A DNA stretch of 40,635 nucleotides from assembly GCA_963817385.1 (NCBI GenBank), contig CAWFOM010000026.1:1-40635 (forward strand), written 5' to 3'. The notes beneath the pieces are model-generated. The model was not told where the DNA came from and searched no databases. It saw nothing but the letters and a program-made list of their open reading frames with translations. Position numbers and translations under genes: made by a program. Positions 37,404-40,635 of this stretch are shown here, in pieces; the first letter of the stretch is position 1, and each line of letters starts with the position of its first letter. Source of the stretch: an uncultured delta proteobacterium (GTDB taxonomy: Bacteria > Desulfobacterota > Syntrophia > Syntrophales > UBA5619).

Positions 37404-38214
37404 TTATGATGGTACCGCCAAGTGGTTTCCCAGGATCAATCCGCCGTCGATGACGATCTCGGCGCCCGTTGTATAGCCGGAGGCCTCGGATGCCAAGGTA
37501 GAGGGCGGCGCCGGCGATTTCATCGGGCTGGCCGAGGCGACCCGTCGGCAGCATCTTTTCCAGTGCGCCTTTCGCCTTTTTGGCCTCTTCCGGCGGGAGG
37601 TGCGCCCAGTGGGAATTCATCATCTTGGTATCGATCGGCCCGGGGGCGATGGTGTTCACCTGGATATTAAAGGAGGCCAGTTCGTTGGCAAATGCCTTCG
37701 TAATCATGCGCACGCCGGCCTTGGAAATGGAATAGATGCTGACGAAAGGCTCGGGATTGAATCCGTCGATAGAGGCAATATTGATGATTTTCCCGCCTCC
37801 CTGGAGCTTCATGATGTTGGCCACGGCCTGGCTGACGAAATAGACCCCCTTCAGGTTCACGTTCATGATCGTGTCCCAGAGGCGCTCGTCCGATTCGAGG
37901 ACGGAGCCCATCGCGGGACTGGCGCCGGCGTTGTTGACCAGGATATCGATCCGGCTGAATTTCTCCATCACCGTATTGACCATCCGGTTGATTTCGTCCA
38001 TCTTCCCCAGATGAGCCGGAAGGGGAAACGCCTTGCCGCCGAATGCCTGGATCGCTGCGGCAGTCGCCTCGAGATCCTGGGTCTTGCGGCTGGTGACGAT
38101 CACCTGCGCCCCGGCTTTGGCGAAACCGAACGCTATGGCCTGGCCGATCCCGCGGCCGCCGCCGGTAACGACGGCTACTTTTCCGGTCAGTGAAAATTGG
38201 GATACATCAAACAT
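37404..38214 (-). CDS. Short-chain dehydrogenase/reductase (frameshift near 37495)
   Basis: TGGGRGIG, NNAG, YSISK; deleting one T restores YLASEASGYTTGAEIVIDGG with stop at 37404. Confidence 0.92.
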
Positions 38215-38293
38215 TGTTCAATCCTCCTCACATCCGACAGACTTCGAACCGATGGATTCCCCGGCCGGCGCATGATCCCCGGCCCGGCTCTCT

Positions 38294-39781
38294 CTATTTG
38301 TCGCAGGCTTCGCGGTCGCCGCCGCTCATGCCGGCGATGTGCTTCACCAGCTTCTTCCGGGACTCGATATCGTATTGTGTCGTGATGGCGATCTGCTCCA
38401 TGATCGGGGAGCCGCCGCCGTGGTAGTTGCCGATGTTGTGGATGCCGCCCGTGGCCGAACAGAGGGCGTCTCCCAGGAATCTCCAGAAATTGGCCTGATC
38501 CTCCGCCGACATGTTGGGATTGCGCTTGGTGTACTTGAGGAGCAGTTCCCCCGTCTCCGGATTCAGGAAATCCTTCTCGTGCGGGAACGTGGCGACAACG
38601 CCGCCGGCGATGTCGCAGAGGATTTCCGCTTCGCGCCAGACCGCCTCCCCCGAGAGGCACCGGCCGACGTTGCAGTAAATCGAATTGGGGATGTAGGAAC
38701 CGGGGCCGTACGGGACAAAACCGATCCCGGGGATGAAGACCTCCGGTTTGCCCAGGTCGGATGCCGTGTAGCCCGCGGCATACCCCAGCTCGATGGTCAT
38801 GATCAGCTCCGCCAGCTTCTCCCGCACATGGGGCTGTTTGTGGATGTTGTTCACCTCGGCGGCAAGGGCGGCCATTCCCAGGATGACATCGCCGATGGCT
38901 GGCTTGCAGCCCGAATAGGAATGGCGGTGGAACAGGGCGAAGAGGAGCGCGCATGCGCCGCCGTGCTGATATTCTCCGGCCAGAAAGACCCTTTCCCAGG
39001 GCACGAAGCAGTTGTCGAAAATCATATAGGAATCCGTTGCCCCCGGTACGAATCCCCGCTTGTAATGTTCCCGCGGCCGCAGGTTATGGATTGTCACAAC
39101 CTGCTTCAGCCCATCCCAGTCTCCCGGAACGGCGAAGGCCACGGCATAGTCCTTGTCCTCGGAACGCAAGGCCCGGGTAGGTACAACCAGGACCTCGTCG
39201 GCCACGGAGGCCTCGGAGATATGGACCTTGCATCCATCGACGACGATTCCGTCCTTCAGCCGCTCCTTGATCCGCACGTATGCGCCGGGATTCGGCTGGT
39301 CGGCCGGGCGGAGCATCCGATCGCCCTTCACGTCCGTCTGGGCGCAGCAACCGATGAGGTCTTCCGTCTGGAAACGGGTTAGCCACTTCTTGAAGTTTTC
39401 ATGATATTGGGTGGCCCCCTTGTTCACCTTGTCCGCCTCGTAGGAGACGTTGTAGATGGCGTTCGTGCCGTCGATCCCCATGCAGCGCTGGATGCAGCCG
39501 CCGACCTTCCGGCAAAGCATCCGCGTCATGTCCTGCTTCTTATGGAGGTCGTCCTTGTTCTGATGGACATGGGTAAAGCGGTTGATGCGCTCGCCCGTCA
39601 GATGCGAAATCGCCGTGCACAGCTCCTGGTTCTCCGGCTTGGCCGCCTCATCATACGTTGTACCGATGGTGTTGAGGCAATCCATCTGGAGTTCGTCCGT
39701 CCTGTCGAGCAACTGGCCGTCGTGGTAAAGATTTCGTTTCATCTTGGACAGGCCTTTGATGTAATCCGCTTTGGTTCTCAT
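38294..39781 (-). CDS. 4-hydroxybutyryl-CoA dehydratase (AbfD)-like protein, HpaB superfamily
   Basis: CIQRC and FHRHSYSGCK carry the 3 Cys + 1 His cluster ligands; QTDVKGDR, FVPWERVF, HGGGSP. Confidence 0.85.
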   Translation of the reverse strand: MRTKADYIKGLSKMKRNLYHDGQLLDRTDELQMDCLNTIGTTYDEAAKPENQELCTAISHLTGERINRFTHVHQNKDDLHKKQDMTRMLCRKVGGCIQRCMGIDGTNAIYNVSYEADKVNKGATQYHENFKKWLTRFQTEDLIGCCAQTDVKGDRMLRPADQPNPGAYVRIKERLKDGIVVDGCKVHISEASVADEVLVVPTRALRSEDKDYAVAFAVPGDWDGLKQVVTIHNLRPREHYKRGFVPGATDSYMIFDNCFVPWERVFLAGEYQHGGACALLFALFHRHSYSGCKPAIGDVILGMAALAAEVNNIHKQPHVREKLAELIMTIELGYAAGYTASDLGKPEVFIPGIGFVPYGPGSYIPNSIYCNVGRCLSGEAVWREAEILCDIAGGVVATFPHEKDFLNPETGELLLKYTKRNPNMSAEDQANFWRFLGDALCSATGGIHNIGNYHGGGSPIMEQIAITTQYDIESRKKLVKHIAGMSGGDREACDK

Positions 39782-39865
39782 ATTGTTCCCCCTTTCTGGT
39801 CACTGGTGATGGCTCCGGATAGGTTTTACCGGCCGGGGAGATTTCCCGGCTATTCCCTCCCGGTC

Positions 39866-40555
39866 TTATTCCAATCGCTCCTTGGCTTGAAGAAGCTCAC
39901 CGAGGGCCCGGGCGTCTTCCCGCTTCAGGTACAGAGTCAGGCCCTGCTCTCCCTTGTTGGCCCGGATGCCATCCAAAACGATCTCGATGAAGGGGTCGAG
40001 CATGTCCATGATGCTCGTCTCCTTTTTAGGCATCCCCTGCATGTGCCAATGGATGAATAAGTGCTCGATCGTGCCCAGAAGCATGGAGCGGATGAGATAG
40101 GGATTGGAATCCTTTTTGAATGTCCCGTCGGCAATCCCTTCCTTGATGCAATCCAGTAGCCGGTGAGCCGGCCGGCGGATGGCCGCGTGAGCGGGGGTCT
40201 GGCGGAAACGCTTGTTGTTCATGAGTTGGAGGAGGACCAGGGCGGAATAATGGGGATTCGATTGGTATAGCCGGACGTAGGCCAAAAGTAGGGCCCGTAT
40301 CCGTCCCTCCGCGCCCCTGATGTAGGAGAGGGCCTGTTCCGTTTCCTCGATGCTCTCTTTGGAGATCTTTTCGGGAATGGCAAAGAGCAGATCTTCCTTG
40401 GTGCCGAAATGCTCGTAGATGGTAGCCTCCGAACAGCCGGCGTCCTTGCTGATTTCGGAGATCGTGGCATTCTGGAACCCTTTTTCGGCGAAGATACGCA
40501 GGGCGACGTCCATAATCCGGTCTTTTCTGTTGTTAGCCCGGCCATGATCTGTCAT
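39866..40555 (-). CDS. TetR/AcrR family regulator
   Basis: RIMDVALRIFAEKGF..TISEISKDAGCSEATIYEHFGTKEDL. Confidence 0.95.
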   Translation of the reverse strand: MTDHGRANNRKDRIMDVALRIFAEKGFQNATISEISKDAGCSEATIYEHFGTKEDLLFAIPEKISKESIEETEQALSYIRGAEGRIRALLLAYVRLYQSNPHYSALVLLQLMNNKRFRQTPAHAAIRRPAHRLLDCIKEGIADGTFKKDSNPYLIRSMLLGTIEHLFIHWHMQGMPKKETSIMDMLDPFIEIVLDGIRANKGEQGLTLYLKREDARALGELLQAKERLE

Positions 40556-40584
40556 GACTATTCCCTTTGACAAGTTTGATTATT

Positions 40585-40602
40585 GGCTACATCATCGTAG
40601 TC
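40585..40602. promoter_or_regulatory. Candidate TetR operator
   Basis: GGCTAC-ATCATC-GTAGTC imperfect palindrome 30 nt upstream of tetR start. Confidence 0.45.
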
Positions 40603-40635
40603 TAAGCGTCAAGTATTATTTTATTTCATAGGCTG

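Noticed and set aside
1..40635. CRISPR array, tRNA, rRNA, IS element, integrase, selenocysteine read-through
   Set aside because: No regularly spaced repeats, cloverleaf, transposase or recombinase motif, or in-frame TGA at a Cys position found by eye

Overview
GC-rich chromosomal window from an anaerobic bacterium. The gene content (Crp/Fnr HcpR-like regulator, ADP-forming acyl-CoA synthetase, AbfD-like dehydratase, iron-sulfur flavoprotein) suggests a Syntrophales-like deltaproteobacterium; this is inference only. About 35 genes, with no tRNA, rRNA, CRISPR array, integrase or transposase seen. Left part (1-18 kb): pirin, ferritin-like protein, tautomerase, HlyIII, USP, murI, THUMP methylase, AbrB-family membrane protein, an alkaline-phosphatase C-terminal fragment, hydrolase, recD2, Sfp PPTase, a sigma54-driven pair of paralogous small membrane proteins, TrpF-like and Nim-like genes and an Fe3+-type ABC transporter. 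Middle (18.1-26.8 kb): a lower-GC defence cluster with RelE/HTH toxin-antitoxin, Fic, DUF3800 and a type III restriction-modification system. The best novelty candidate is a ~57-nt three-hairpin element with its own promoter and terminator, convergent with the DUF3800 gene (candidate protein-RNA module). Right part: flavoprotein, cytochrome b, hybrid PAS kinase, an HcpR-like cluster without hcp, and a TetR-AbfD-SDR operon. Ten apparent frameshifts are all repairable by deleting one base and are probably long-read consensus errors.
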